Shown piece after piece: positions 38,725 through 48,374 of a stretch of 64,000 bases of DNA. Positions within the stretch are counted from its first letter, which is position 1. The number at the start of each line of letters is the position of its first letter. Position numbers and translations under genes: made by a program. The notes below the pieces were generated by a model. It searched no databases and was not told the DNA's origin. It was given only the letters and a program-made list of their open reading frames with translations. The stretch lies in contig NZ_CAUUKN010000004.1 in assembly GCF_963545685.1 (NCBI RefSeq), positions 5,439-69,438 on the forward strand. Reading direction: 5' to 3'. This DNA comes from an uncultured Streptococcus sp. (GTDB lineage: Bacteria; Bacillota; Bacilli; Lactobacillales; Streptococcaceae).

Positions 38725-38756
38725 AAAAATTCCTGTCAGTTATGGCAGGAATTTTG
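38725..38756 (+). terminator. Terminator after rbfA
   Basis: AAAAATTCCTG tcagttatgg CAGGAATTTT. Confidence 0.85.
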
Positions 38757-38786
38757 CGTTATAATAGAGTAAAAGGAGGAACTTCG

Positions 38787-39350
38787 ATGAAAGTAACAGT
38801 CTATTTGGGAGCTAATATGGGTGACAATCCTAGCTTTAAAGAAGCAACGATTGCCTTGGGGAGATGGATTGCAAAAAATGGTCATACCCTAGTTTATGGT
38901 GGCAGTAAGATGGGACTTATGGGAGTTCTAGGTGATACGGTTTTGGAATATGGGGGTCAGGCCCATGGTATCATGCCACAGTTTCTCAAAGATAGGGAAA
39001 TTGCTTATGAGGGATTGACCTCAATGACTATAGTAGAAACGATGGCAGAGCGCAAGACTGCCATGTTAGAGCAAGGTGAGCTCTTTATTGCCCTTCCAGG
39101 AGGTCTTGGCACACTTGAAGAAATCTCAGAAGCCATTGCAGCTGCTCGTGTAGGTAAGTTGAACAAGCCCTGTGTTTTCTTTAACCTCAACGGCTATTAC
39201 GATGCCATGAAGGCTATGTTAGATACCATGGTTGCTCATGATTTTTTAGAGGCTGAAACGGCTGCAAAATTCATTTTTACAGATAATTTTACGGAAATTG
39301 AGGCCTTTGTTCAGTCTTATACCCCACCTCAATTGCGACGTTATAGATAG
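38787..39350 (+). CDS. LOG family (TIGR00730) nucleotide 5'-monophosphate nucleosidase-like protein
   Basis: 187 aa from MKVTVYLGAN with SD aaaggagg. LVYGGSKMGLMG and PGGLGTLEE motifs. The track start at 38658 overlaps rbfA and its terminator. Confidence 0.8.
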   Translation: MKVTVYLGANMGDNPSFKEATIALGRWIAKNGHTLVYGGSKMGLMGVLGDTVLEYGGQAHGIMPQFLKDREIAYEGLTSMTIVETMAERKTAMLEQGELFIALPGGLGTLEEISEAIAAARVGKLNKPCVFFNLNGYYDAMKAMLDTMVAHDFLEAETAAKFIFTDNFTEIEAFVQSYTPPQLRRYR

Positions 39351-39383
39351 TATCGCTTTAATATGTAACATTTAGATGATTAA

Positions 39384-39415
39384 AAAATGTTCAATGACAT
39401 GTCACTGAACATTTT
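39384..39415. terminator. Bidirectional terminator between the LOG-family gene and murE
   Basis: AAAATGTTCAaTGAC atg TCAcTGAACATTTT. Confidence 0.85.
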
Positions 39416-39426
39416 CAATTTAATCT

Positions 39427-40872
39427 TTACAAATATTTCTTAGCGACTTCAATATCACCAGAATAGTCGGCGCGTTTTCCCTCGACAATTTGGAAAGCAT
39501 CAGCACCTTTACCGGCAATAACGACAGCATCCTCTGAGCCTGTGGTCTCGGCCATAGCTGTTTTAATAGCTTCCTCTCGATCAACAATGATTCGAACCTC
39601 GCGACTGATATGGCTAGCAATTTCTTGACAGATTGCTAGGGGATCTTCCTTGTTAGGATCGTCAGCTGTTAGAATAATATCAACATCGGGGTAGGTGTTT
39701 AGGACATGACCAAAGTCCTTACGGCGGCTTTCCCCTTTATTTCCAGGGGCTCCTAGGATCAAGCTTACATTACCCTTTTGGTGGCTAGTTACGACTTGCA
39801 AGAGTTTATCTAAGCTATCTCCATTATGAGCGTAGTCAACAAAAGCTTTGGCCCCGTTAGTTTGTGTAAGGACCTCCATACGACCTGGAACGGAAGTTAC
39901 AGCAATTCCTTCTTTGATGTCTTGAAGGCTAGCTCCAAGACGTAAACAGGCTAGACCAGCGGCTATGGCATTATCCTGGTTAAAATCACCGATAAGTTGA
40001 ATATCGTAGTCACCAGCTAATTTTCCACTGGCCTTAAAGCTAAAACCTGAGCCGTGTTGAACGGCATTTTCGGAGTTCTGGCCATAGAAATCATGCTCTT
40101 TACCAGCAACTTCCTCAGCGACAAAAGCAAAGTGATCCATACCGCTATTGACAATGACAGCTTGACTATTTTCCAAAAGGAGACGCTTATGGTAGAAGTA
40201 ATCTTCAAAGGTTGGGTGTTCAATAGGACCAATGTGGTCTGGGCTGATGTTAAGAAAGACACCAACATCAAAGGTCAACCCATAGACACGCTTGGTTAGA
40301 TAGGCTTGACTTGAGACCTCCATAATCAGATGAGTCATGCCATTATCAACAGCTTCAGCCATCATACGGAAAAGGTCCAAACTCTCAGGTGTAGTTAAGT
40401 TAGACTTGAAGAAGGTTTTTCCATCAAGTGTCGTGTTCATGGTTGAAAGCATAGCAGGCTTATGACTTTGCTTAAGCATATTAAAGGCAAAGTAAGCCGC
40501 TGTTGTCTTCCCTTTTGTCCCAGTAAAGGCTAGTAATTTAAGCTTGTCTTGAGGGTATTGGTAGAAGGCCTGTGCAACGAGACTCATGGCTTGCTTGATA
40601 TCTGAAACGATAATGGCGGGGATTCCTACTTGGTAATCTTTTTCAGCTACATAGAAGCTTAAGCCAGTTTTGACAGCACTCTCCAAAAACTCAGGTTTGA
40701 AGGCAGCTCCCTTGGCAAAGAAGAGGGAAGATGGTGTGACATCACGACTGTCGTAAGAAAGATGATCGAAAGTCACTCCAGTCCATGAATAGTAGTAGTT
40801 GTCTTGGTCGATAATATCTCTAAAATTATGGTCCTTTTTGAGAACCTCTAGAACTTGTTCAATAGTAATCAT
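39427..40872 (-). CDS. murE: UDP-N-acetylmuramoyl-L-alanyl-D-glutamate--L-lysine ligase MurE
   Basis: 481 aa. Mur ligase P-loop GTKGKTT and a C-terminal domain with a DNPR-like region (ADDPNKEDP). Confidence 0.9.
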   Translation of the reverse strand: MITIEQVLEVLKKDHNFRDIIDQDNYYYSWTGVTFDHLSYDSRDVTPSSLFFAKGAAFKPEFLESAVKTGLSFYVAEKDYQVGIPAIIVSDIKQAMSLVAQAFYQYPQDKLKLLAFTGTKGKTTAAYFAFNMLKQSHKPAMLSTMNTTLDGKTFFKSNLTTPESLDLFRMMAEAVDNGMTHLIMEVSSQAYLTKRVYGLTFDVGVFLNISPDHIGPIEHPTFEDYFYHKRLLLENSQAVIVNSGMDHFAFVAEEVAGKEHDFYGQNSENAVQHGSGFSFKASGKLAGDYDIQLIGDFNQDNAIAAGLACLRLGASLQDIKEGIAVTSVPGRMEVLTQTNGAKAFVDYAHNGDSLDKLLQVVTSHQKGNVSLILGAPGNKGESRRKDFGHVLNTYPDVDIILTADDPNKEDPLAICQEIASHISREVRIIVDREEAIKTAMAETTGSEDAVVIAGKGADAFQIVEGKRADYSGDIEVAKKYL

Positions 40873-40966
40873 AGTTCCTATTTTAGCCTTAATGTTCTTG
40901 TTTTACAAGTCACAGCCAAAAGTTTATAATAAACTAGATTATATTTTATTCCCTAGAAAGAAAATT

Positions 40967-42598
40967 ATGACTGAAACTAAAACTGACACGCAGCAGCAGC
41001 AAATGCTAAGAGGGACGGCATGGATGACAGCATCCAATATTATCAGTCGTCTCTTAGGGGCACTCTACGTTATTCCTTGGTATGCTTGGATGGGCAAACA
41101 AGGCGACCAAGCCAATGCCCTCTTTGGTCAGGGGTATAATATTTATGCCCTTTTCCTTTTGATTTCGACAGCAGGGATTCCAGTCGCCATTGCCAAACAG
41201 GTGTCTAAATACAACACTCTTGGAAAGATGGAAACGAGTTTCTTCTTACTCAAACGTATCTTATATTATATGATTGGGCTTGGACTAATTTTTGGTGTTT
41301 TCATGTATTTTGCTTCGCCATGGATGTCATATCTTTCTGGGGGAGACGAAGACCTGGTTCGAGTGATGCGCAGCCTTTCTTGGGCGGTTGTCATTTTCCC
41401 ATCGATGTCTGTTTTACGAGGCTTTTTCCAGGGTTTTAACAACATGAAGCCTTATGCCCTAAGTCAGATTGCAGAGCAGTTTATCCGTGTGATTTGGATG
41501 TTGTTGGCGACTTTCTTCATCATGAAAATTGGTACAGGTGACTATGTAACTGCAGTTGTCCAATCGACTTTTGCTGCTTTCATCGGTATGCTAGCAAGTT
41601 ACGGAGTGCTTTTCTTCTATCTTTGGAAGGAAGGCAAGCTCAAGAGTCTTTTTGGTAAGCAGGCTGTTCATCCTGATATCAATCCAACTGCAATTGTTAT
41701 TGAGACATTTAAGGAGGCCATTCCCTTTATTATTACTGGGTCAGCGGTTCAACTTTTCCAGTTGATTGACCAATGGACCTTTATCCGTACTATGGAGAAG
41801 TTCACAAGCTATAGTAACAGTCAGCTTCAGGTTCTCTATGCTTATTTGTCTTCAAACCCAAGTAAGATTACTATGATTTTGATTGCCGTTGCTATTTCTA
41901 TTGCTGGGGTAGGAATCCCACTCTTAACGGAAAATATGGTTAAGAAGGATCTTGGGGGAGCAGCTAAGCTGATTATCAATAACCTACAGTTACTTCTACT
42001 CTTTATTGTTCCTGCTATTGCAGGGTCAGTGATTCTAGCCAAACCTCTCTACACCATTTTTTATGGAGCACCAGACAGTCAGGCTCATTTGCTCTTTGTA
42101 GCTAGTTTGATTCAAGTGATTTTCTTGGCCTTGTATAGTGTTTTAGCACCTATGCTTCAGGCTATCTTTGAGACCCGTAAAGCCATCAATTATTTTGCGA
42201 TTGGGGTGCTAGTTAAGGCAATTCTACAGCTACCGTTGATTATTTTCTTAGGAGCCCTCGGTCCGGTTATTTCAACAGCCATTGGGTTAGGTGTTCCTAT
42301 TGCTCTGATGTATAATCGCCTTCACACAGTTACTCACTTTAGTCGTAAGACAGTCTTTAGAAAAGCTTTACTCATTTGTATTCTTACGATGCTCATGGCT
42401 ATTCCAGTTGCTGTTTTCTATTGGTTATTCCAATTTGTTCTATCTCCAACAAGTCGTATGGGTAGCGTGATTTACTTAGTGATTGGAGGAGGTCTTGGCG
42501 TTTTGGTCTATGGAGTGCTTGCTCTTGTGACCCGTATGGCTGACCAATTGCTTGGTGCCCGGGCTAATAGCCTTCGTGCTAAATTACATATTAAATAG
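40967..42598 (+). CDS. MOP-superfamily flippase (polysaccharide biosynthesis protein / YtgP-MurJ-like putative lipid II flippase)
   Basis: 543 aa from MTETKTD, about 14 TM segments, divergent from murE. The track start at 40799 overlaps murE. Confidence 0.8.
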   Translation: MTETKTDTQQQQMLRGTAWMTASNIISRLLGALYVIPWYAWMGKQGDQANALFGQGYNIYALFLLISTAGIPVAIAKQVSKYNTLGKMETSFFLLKRILYYMIGLGLIFGVFMYFASPWMSYLSGGDEDLVRVMRSLSWAVVIFPSMSVLRGFFQGFNNMKPYALSQIAEQFIRVIWMLLATFFIMKIGTGDYVTAVVQSTFAAFIGMLASYGVLFFYLWKEGKLKSLFGKQAVHPDINPTAIVIETFKEAIPFIITGSAVQLFQLIDQWTFIRTMEKFTSYSNSQLQVLYAYLSSNPSKITMILIAVAISIAGVGIPLLTENMVKKDLGGAAKLIINNLQLLLLFIVPAIAGSVILAKPLYTIFYGAPDSQAHLLFVASLIQVIFLALYSVLAPMLQAIFETRKAINYFAIGVLVKAILQLPLIIFLGALGPVISTAIGLGVPIALMYNRLHTVTHFSRKTVFRKALLICILTMLMAIPVAVFYWLFQFVLSPTSRMGSVIYLVIGGGLGVLVYGVLALVTRMADQLLGARANSLRAKLHIK

Positions 42599-42604
42599 TA
42601 TTTG

Positions 42605-42631
42605 AAACCAAGTCTTGTGGCTTGGTTTTTT
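42605..42631 (+). terminator. Terminator after the flippase gene
   Basis: AAACCAAG tcttgtgg CTTGGTTT plus TTT. Confidence 0.85.
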
Positions 42632-42713
42632 CTTTCAACATTTTCTGAAAAAGGAGTATAATGAGGGCGTAAATATGAAATCGCTTTTATGATTTAGAAT
42701 CGAGGAAAGGACT

Positions 42714-45494
42714 ATGACTGATTCTAGACAAGAAATTATTAAATTAGGAACCTATCCCCCTGAACAAGTTTATCAGATCTTGCAGACAAGTCACCAAGGC
42801 TTAAGCTCACAAGAAGTCAAAGAAAGGCAGGCGACTTACGGACCTAACCAATTAAAGGAAAGTAAACAAGAACCTATTTGGTTGACCTTTTTCAGACATT
42901 TTACCAGTCTCATGGCCCTCTTATTGTGGGTTGGTGGCTTTATCGCTATGCTTTCTCATAGCCTAGAGTTGGGGATTGCTATTTGGTTGGTCAACATTAT
43001 TAATGGTCTCTTTAGTTTTATTCAAGAATATAGAGCAAGTCAGGCTACGGCAGCCCTTAATAAGCTTCTTCCATCTTACACACGGGTTCTTCGGGATGGG
43101 AAGGAAGATAAGATTCTTGCTCAGGACTTGGTGCCAGGGGACTTGGTTTTTATTGAAGAAGGAGACCGTATTTCTGCAGATGGACGTTTGGTTGCTGTGA
43201 CAGACTTGCAGGTTAATCAGTCTGCCCTTACTGGTGAGTCTAATCCAATTTACAAGTCAGACCAAGCAGATTTGACTCCTGATAAGACTGAATTGGAATA
43301 TGACAATATGGTGTTTGCTGGAACTACAGTTTCTTCAGGTTCTGGGCATTTTATAGTGTCTGCTATCGGAATGAAAACCGAGTTTGGACAAATTGCAGAT
43401 TTGACACAAAACCTTACTCAGGAAAAAAGTCCCCTTCAGAAAGAATTAGACCATTTGACCAAACAGATTTCAGTTATTGCAGTCTCTGTTGGTCTCTTCT
43501 TTATGGTTGCAGCAACTCTATTTGTCCACCAACCTTTGTCTCAAGCCTTCATCTTTGCCTTGGGTATGATTGTTGCCTTTATCCCTGAGGGGTTACTACC
43601 TACAGTTACTCTTTCTCTAGCTATGGCTGTACAACGCATGGCTAAGGATCATGCATTGGTTAAGAAGTTGTCTTCGGTTGAGACTCTTGGAGCAACCTCT
43701 GTTATTTGCTCAGATAAAACAGGGACCCTAACTCAAAATGCCATGACGGTTAATCATTTATGGACCTTGTCAGGGACTTATAAGGTAACTGGGCTAGGTT
43801 ACGCACCAGAAGGGCATATTGAGAAGGATGGTCACCCTGTTTCTCTGAAGGGAAATGACCTCCTGAATCGTCTGGTTCGCTTTTCTCACTTGGCCAGTAA
43901 TGCTCAGGTTGTGGCACCTAATTCTGACAATCCTAATTATACGATTTTAGGTGACCCGACTGAGGCTTGTCTTAATGTTTTAGCCGAAAAAGCAGGGATT
44001 AACTTAAATGAAAATCACACTTGGGCCCCTCGTATAAAGGAAATTCCCTTTGATTCTGATCGTAAACGAATGACAACGGTGCATAGTCTCGAAGAAAGTA
44101 TGGATGGCAGTCACCATATTTCCATCACTAAGGGTGCGCCTAAAGAAGTGATGGAACTTTGTTCAGACTATTATGATGGTCAAGGGGCAATCAAATCTAT
44201 GACTGCTACAGAACGTCAAGCTATTCTTGCTGCTAACGATCAATTTGCTCGTGACGGCTTACGTGTTTTAGCTGTCGCTTATAGACCCTTAGAAAGTGAG
44301 CGTATTGGAAAAGACAAGTGGAATATGCAGACTTTGGAAGAAAATATGGTCTTTCTGGGTCTTGTTGCCATGAGTGACCCTCCACGTCAGGGTGTACGTG
44401 AAGCAATTGAGCAATGTCACCGTGCCAGTATTCGGATTATCATGGTCACAGGTGACTATGGTTTGACAGCCCTTAGTATTGCCAAGAAAATTGGAATTGT
44501 AAAAGGTGACAATGCGCGTGTTGTTTCAGGACTTGAACTGGCAGATATGACCGACGAAGAGCTCAAAGCAGCGCTTAAAGGGGAGATTGTTTTTGCCCGT
44601 GTAGCCCCTGAACAAAAGTATCGTGTAGTTAATGCACTTCAGGAACTTGGTGAAGTTGTTGCTGTTACTGGTGATGGAGTAAATGATGCCCCTGCTTTGA
44701 AAAAAGCTGATATCGGGGTAGCTATGGGAATATCTGGGACTGATGTAGCCAAGGAATCTGCTGATATGATTTTAACAGATGATCATTTTGCTTCCATTGT
44801 ACATGCCGTTGAAGAGGGCCGTGCAGTTTATCGAAATATTCAAAAATTTTTGACCTATATTTTTAATTCCAATACTCCAGAAGCTGTACCCTCTGCTTTC
44901 TTCTTGTTCTCTTTGGGGCGCATTCCTCTTCCTTTAACTGTTATGCAAATCCTAGCTATTGACTTAGGGACAGATATGGTACCTGCTTTGGGATTGGGGG
45001 TTGAACCACCTGAAGAAGGAGTAATGGACAAGCCACCAAGACGTTTATCAGACCGCTTACTCAATCGCCAACTATTGATTAAAGCTTTTGTCTGGTATGG
45101 ATTGATTGAAGCAAGCTTGGCTATGGGTGCGTTCTTCCTTAATTATTGGGTCAATCAAGGAAATTTGAACCATCTGCCTAGCTCAGGTCCCCTCTACCGA
45201 GAGGCAACCACTATGACTTTGGGGGCTATTATCTTTACTCAGATTGGTATGGCTATGAATAGTCGTAAGGGTAGAGGGTCTATTTTCCAAATCAAACCAT
45301 TTGCAAATAAAATTATTAGTCTGGGGATTGTCTTAGAAATCATTCTCTTTATTATCCTGTCTTATGTACCACTTTTCCACACTCTCTTTAATACAGCTCC
45401 GATTGGTTTTGATGGTTGGCTCTATTTGCTGGCTTGTCCGTTTGTTATTATGGCTTTGGAAGAAATCAGATATCGCTTATTTGATAAAAAGTAA
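42714..45494 (+). CDS. Cation-translocating P-type ATPase, type II (Ca2+-ATPase-like, CaxP/PacL-like)
   Basis: 926 aa. TGES, IPEGL, CSDKTGTLT, TGDGVNDAPAL motifs and 10 TM helices. Confidence 0.9.
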   Translation: MTDSRQEIIKLGTYPPEQVYQILQTSHQGLSSQEVKERQATYGPNQLKESKQEPIWLTFFRHFTSLMALLLWVGGFIAMLSHSLELGIAIWLVNIINGLFSFIQEYRASQATAALNKLLPSYTRVLRDGKEDKILAQDLVPGDLVFIEEGDRISADGRLVAVTDLQVNQSALTGESNPIYKSDQADLTPDKTELEYDNMVFAGTTVSSGSGHFIVSAIGMKTEFGQIADLTQNLTQEKSPLQKELDHLTKQISVIAVSVGLFFMVAATLFVHQPLSQAFIFALGMIVAFIPEGLLPTVTLSLAMAVQRMAKDHALVKKLSSVETLGATSVICSDKTGTLTQNAMTVNHLWTLSGTYKVTGLGYAPEGHIEKDGHPVSLKGNDLLNRLVRFSHLASNAQVVAPNSDNPNYTILGDPTEACLNVLAEKAGINLNENHTWAPRIKEIPFDSDRKRMTTVHSLEESMDGSHHISITKGAPKEVMELCSDYYDGQGAIKSMTATERQAILAANDQFARDGLRVLAVAYRPLESERIGKDKWNMQTLEENMVFLGLVAMSDPPRQGVREAIEQCHRASIRIIMVTGDYGLTALSIAKKIGIVKGDNARVVSGLELADMTDEELKAALKGEIVFARVAPEQKYRVVNALQELGEVVAVTGDGVNDAPALKKADIGVAMGISGTDVAKESADMILTDDHFASIVHAVEEGRAVYRNIQKFLTYIFNSNTPEAVPSAFFLFSLGRIPLPLTVMQILAIDLGTDMVPALGLGVEPPEEGVMDKPPRRLSDRLLNRQLLIKAFVWYGLIEASLAMGAFFLNYWVNQGNLNHLPSSGPLYREATTMTLGAIIFTQIGMAMNSRKGRGSIFQIKPFANKIISLGIVLEIILFIILSYVPLFHTLFNTAPIGFDGWLYLLACPFVIMALEEIRYRLFDKK

Positions 45495-45572
45495 GTCAGT
45501 GGCTTACCTTGGATTGAAGAAAAATTTTTTGATTTTTGTCTTTCTTAGGTGAGTAAGAATACTAGTCATCTC

Positions 45573-45606
45573 AAAAAGCCTAGAACTTTTAAATTTCAGG
45601 CTTTTT
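45573..45606 (+). terminator. Terminator after the P-type ATPase gene
   Basis: AAAAAGCCT ...16 nt... AGGCTTTTT. Confidence 0.75.
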
Positions 45607-45667
45607 CAGTGTCTGAAAAGTCACTTTTTATCATCTCAGAAAATTTGTCTGTACTGTTTTTTGAGGT

Positions 45668-45684
45668 TATAGCAATAAACTATA
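45668..45684. promoter_or_regulatory. MET-box TATAGCAATAAACTATA upstream of the transsulfuration operon
   Basis: 13 of 16 specified positions match TATAGTTTnAAACTATA and the right arm is perfect. Centred about 75 nt upstream of the implied start site. Confidence 0.6.
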
Positions 45685-45720
45685 TCTAACTATCAAGAAT
45701 CCGTATGATGAACTTACCAT

Positions 45721-45745
45721 TCTTTTCAGAAAATAGTGATAAAAT
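45721..45745 (+). promoter_or_regulatory. CodY-box-like TCTTTTCAGAAAATA followed by extended -10 TGaTAAAAT
   Basis: The 15-mer has 3 mismatches to AATTTTCWGAAAATT with the core TTTTCAGAAAAT intact. Extended -10 at 45737-45745. Confidence 0.5.
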
Positions 45746-45797
45746 AGAGGGCATAGATATGGAGAATATCCACTTTATCATGTAGAGAGGGCATAAT

Positions 45798-46892
45798 ATG
45801 ACACAAGATTATCAATTAGAAACTATTCTAGCACATGCTGGAATCAATTCGGATGAAGCAACAGGAGCCTTGGCTTCACCTATTCATTTTTCAACAACAT
45901 ACCAACACCCAGAGTTTGGACATTCTACTGGTTTTGACTATACACGAACAAAAAATCCAACGCGTGCAACGGTGGAAAAAACACTAGCAGCTATTGAAAA
46001 AGCGGATTATGCTATTGCGACAAGTTCAGGGATGAGCGCTATTGTTTTGGCCTTTGAAATTTTCCCAGTAGGTAGTAAGGTTGTAGCTGCGCGTGACCTT
46101 TACGGGGGCTCTTTCCGTTGGTTCAACGATAAAGAAAAAGAAGGGCGCTTCTTCTTTGAATACACTAACACAGAAGACGAAATGATTGCGGCTATTACAG
46201 AAGATACTGATATTGTCTACATCGAAACACCGACAAACCCACTTATGATTGAGTTTGATATTGAAAAAGTGGCAAAAATTGCTCATGATAAGGGTGCGGT
46301 GGTCATTGTTGATAATACTTTCTATAGCCCAATCTACCAAAACCCGATTCCACTAGGTGCTGATATTGTTGTTCATTCAGCTACTAAATACCTATCAGGG
46401 CATAATGATGTCTTGGCTGGTGTTGTTGTGACTAGCAATCCAGAATTCTACGATAAACTTTATTACAACCTTAATACGACTGGTCCAAACCTTTCCCCAT
46501 TTGATAGCTATATGCTCATGCGTGGACTTAAGACCCTAAAACTTCGTATGGAGGCTTCGACGGCTAATGCTAAAGCAGTTGTGTCTTTCTTGGAAAAGTC
46601 ATCTGCTGTCAAAGAGGTTCTCTACCCAGGTAAGGGTGGGATGATTTCCTTCAAAGTGGCTAACCAAGATAAGATTCCAACTATTATCAATGCTCTTAAG
46701 GTCTTCACCTTTGCAGAGAGCCTAGGTGGTGTTGAAAGTTTGATTACCTACCCAACAACACAAACTCACGCAGATATTCCAAGTGAAGTGCGTGCTTCCT
46801 ATGGATTAACAGATGACTTGCTTCGTCTTTCAATTGGTATTGAAGCAGCAGAGGATTTGATTGCTGACTTGGAAAATGCCCTTAGCCTTTAA
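45798..46892 (+). CDS. PLP-dependent transsulfuration enzyme (cystathionine gamma-synthase / beta- or gamma-lyase, Cys/Met metabolism family)
   Basis: 364 aa. PLP-lysine region HSATKYLSGH and overall Cys_Met_Meta_PP pattern. Confidence 0.85.
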   Translation: MTQDYQLETILAHAGINSDEATGALASPIHFSTTYQHPEFGHSTGFDYTRTKNPTRATVEKTLAAIEKADYAIATSSGMSAIVLAFEIFPVGSKVVAARDLYGGSFRWFNDKEKEGRFFFEYTNTEDEMIAAITEDTDIVYIETPTNPLMIEFDIEKVAKIAHDKGAVVIVDNTFYSPIYQNPIPLGADIVVHSATKYLSGHNDVLAGVVVTSNPEFYDKLYYNLNTTGPNLSPFDSYMLMRGLKTLKLRMEASTANAKAVVSFLEKSSAVKEVLYPGKGGMISFKVANQDKIPTIINALKVFTFAESLGGVESLITYPTTQTHADIPSEVRASYGLTDDLLRLSIGIEAAEDLIADLENALSL

Positions 46893-46902
46893 GGAGTTGT
46901 TT

Positions 46903-48066
46903 ATGACACGTTATGATTTCACAACACAACCAGATCGCTTGGACCAAAACACTATGAAATGGCACGAAGCCGAAAGTGATCCAGAACTACTTGAGCTTTG
47001 GGTTGCGGACATGGATTTCTTGCCTGTTCCAGAAATTAGGGATGCAGTCATCAACTATGCTGAGACGCATATCTTTGGTTACCCTTATCCAAGTGATGAG
47101 CTCTACCAATCCATCATAGATTGGGAAAAAAATCAACACGGTTACGTCGTTGATAAAGAGAGCATTGTGCTCATTGAAGGGGTTGTCCCAGCTATTTCAA
47201 CAGCTATTCAGGCCTTTACGAAAGAAGGCGATGCTGTTCTCATTAATACACCAGTTTATCCACCTTTTGCTCGTTCTGTCCGCTTGAATAATCGTAAGTT
47301 GATTGAGAATAGTCTTGTTAAGGTTAACGGGCATTTCGAAATTGATTTTGAGCAATTAGAACGTGATATTGTTGATAATGATGTTAAGCTCTATGTTTTC
47401 TGTAGCCCCCATAATCCAGGTGGGCGTGTCTGGACCGAGGAAGAATTGACCAAGGTAGCAGACCTTTGCCAGAAACATGGTGTTCTCTTGGTATCTGATG
47501 AAATCCATCAAGACTTGGCCTTATATGGGAATAAGCACATCTCTCTAAATACGATTTCAGATGCTTATAAGGATTTTACCTTGGTGCTTAGTTCGGCGAC
47601 TAAAACCTTTAATATTGCTGGTACCAAAAACAGTTTCACCATTATTGAAAATGAGGGATTACGTAAAGCCTTTAAACAAAAGCAATTAGCTAATAATCAA
47701 CACGAAATTCCAACTATTGGCTTGATTACAACACAAGCTGCCTTGACCTACGGTCAACCTTGGTTAGAGGAATTGAAGACAGTCTTTGAAACTAATATTG
47801 ACCTTTTAACTAAGGAGCTTAGTGAAAAGACTAATATTAACGTTATGAAACCTGAGGGAACTTACTTGGTCTGGCTTGATTTTTCAGCCTATGATCAAGA
47901 TCACAATGAACTTGGACGTTTGCTTAAAGAAGAAGCGAAGGTAGTGCTAAATGACGGTATTACTTTTGGTTCCGAAGGAGAAAAACATTTCCGCTTTAAC
48001 GTAGCGACGCCAACTACAGTTGTTGCTGAAGGTGTGAAACGTCTGGTTTCTGTCTTTGGAAAATAA
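46903..48066 (+). CDS. MalY/PatB-type aminotransferase class I/II with cystathionine beta-lyase activity
   Basis: 387 aa from MTRYDFTTQPDR with SD aaggag. SSATKTFNIAG PLP-lysine region. Confidence 0.85.
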   Translation: MTRYDFTTQPDRLDQNTMKWHEAESDPELLELWVADMDFLPVPEIRDAVINYAETHIFGYPYPSDELYQSIIDWEKNQHGYVVDKESIVLIEGVVPAISTAIQAFTKEGDAVLINTPVYPPFARSVRLNNRKLIENSLVKVNGHFEIDFEQLERDIVDNDVKLYVFCSPHNPGGRVWTEEELTKVADLCQKHGVLLVSDEIHQDLALYGNKHISLNTISDAYKDFTLVLSSATKTFNIAGTKNSFTIIENEGLRKAFKQKQLANNQHEIPTIGLITTQAALTYGQPWLEELKTVFETNIDLLTKELSEKTNINVMKPEGTYLVWLDFSAYDQDHNELGRLLKEEAKVVLNDGITFGSEGEKHFRFNVATPTTVVAEGVKRLVSVFGK

Positions 48067-48068
48067 GA

Positions 48069-48093
48069 AAAGTGATGCAAATGGCATCACTTT
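48069..48093 (+). terminator. Hairpin after the patB-like gene; first copy of a duplicated 25-mer
   Basis: AAAGTGATGC aaatg GCATCACTTT, a perfect 10-bp stem. Confidence 0.7.
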
Positions 48094-48205
48094 AAATTGA
48101 AGACGGAGTCTTCTTTTGAGGTTTCCCTTAGGCAATATCGGACGTCAGTGACCTTCTTCGAAGTTACACGACTAAGTTTTGAGTCTGAGGTCTCAAAATT
48201 TTCCA

Positions 48206-48237
48206 ACTCCTGAAACTCTATGGTTTCAGGAGTTTTT
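48206..48237 (+). terminator. Strong orphan intrinsic terminator in the patB/GH32 spacer
   Basis: ACTCCTGAAAC tctatg GTTTCAGGAGT (11 bp perfect) plus TTTT. No called gene ends here. Confidence 0.7.
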
Positions 48238-48349
48238 ATCATGGCAGAAAGTCTCGATAAATGCTCACTATCCTCGCAACATAAGCTTATTCCACTTTTT
48301 TCATAACTTCCTAGCTTATGACCTATTCAAAATAGTTTGTCTACGTTCT

Positions 48350-48374
48350 AAAGTGATGCAAACAGTATTACTTT
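48350..48374. repeat. Second, degenerate copy of the 25-mer terminator (21/25 identical to 48069-48093)
   Basis: aaagtgatgcaaacagtattacttt compared with aaagtgatgcaaatggcatcacttt. It overlaps the GH32 stop codon. Confidence 0.8.

Noticed and set aside
42640-42713. Tiny uORFs (MRA*, MKSLL*) in the leader of the P-type ATPase gene
   Set aside because: They are 3-5 codons with no SD, as expected by chance in AT-rich leaders.
45706-45786. 26-codon upstream ORF MMNLPFFSENSDKIEGIDMENIHFIM before the transsulfuration operon, considered as a Met-sensing leader peptide
   Set aside because: It has no SD, overlaps the predicted promoter so most of it would not be transcribed, and its Met codons are not clustered. 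It is treated as chance.
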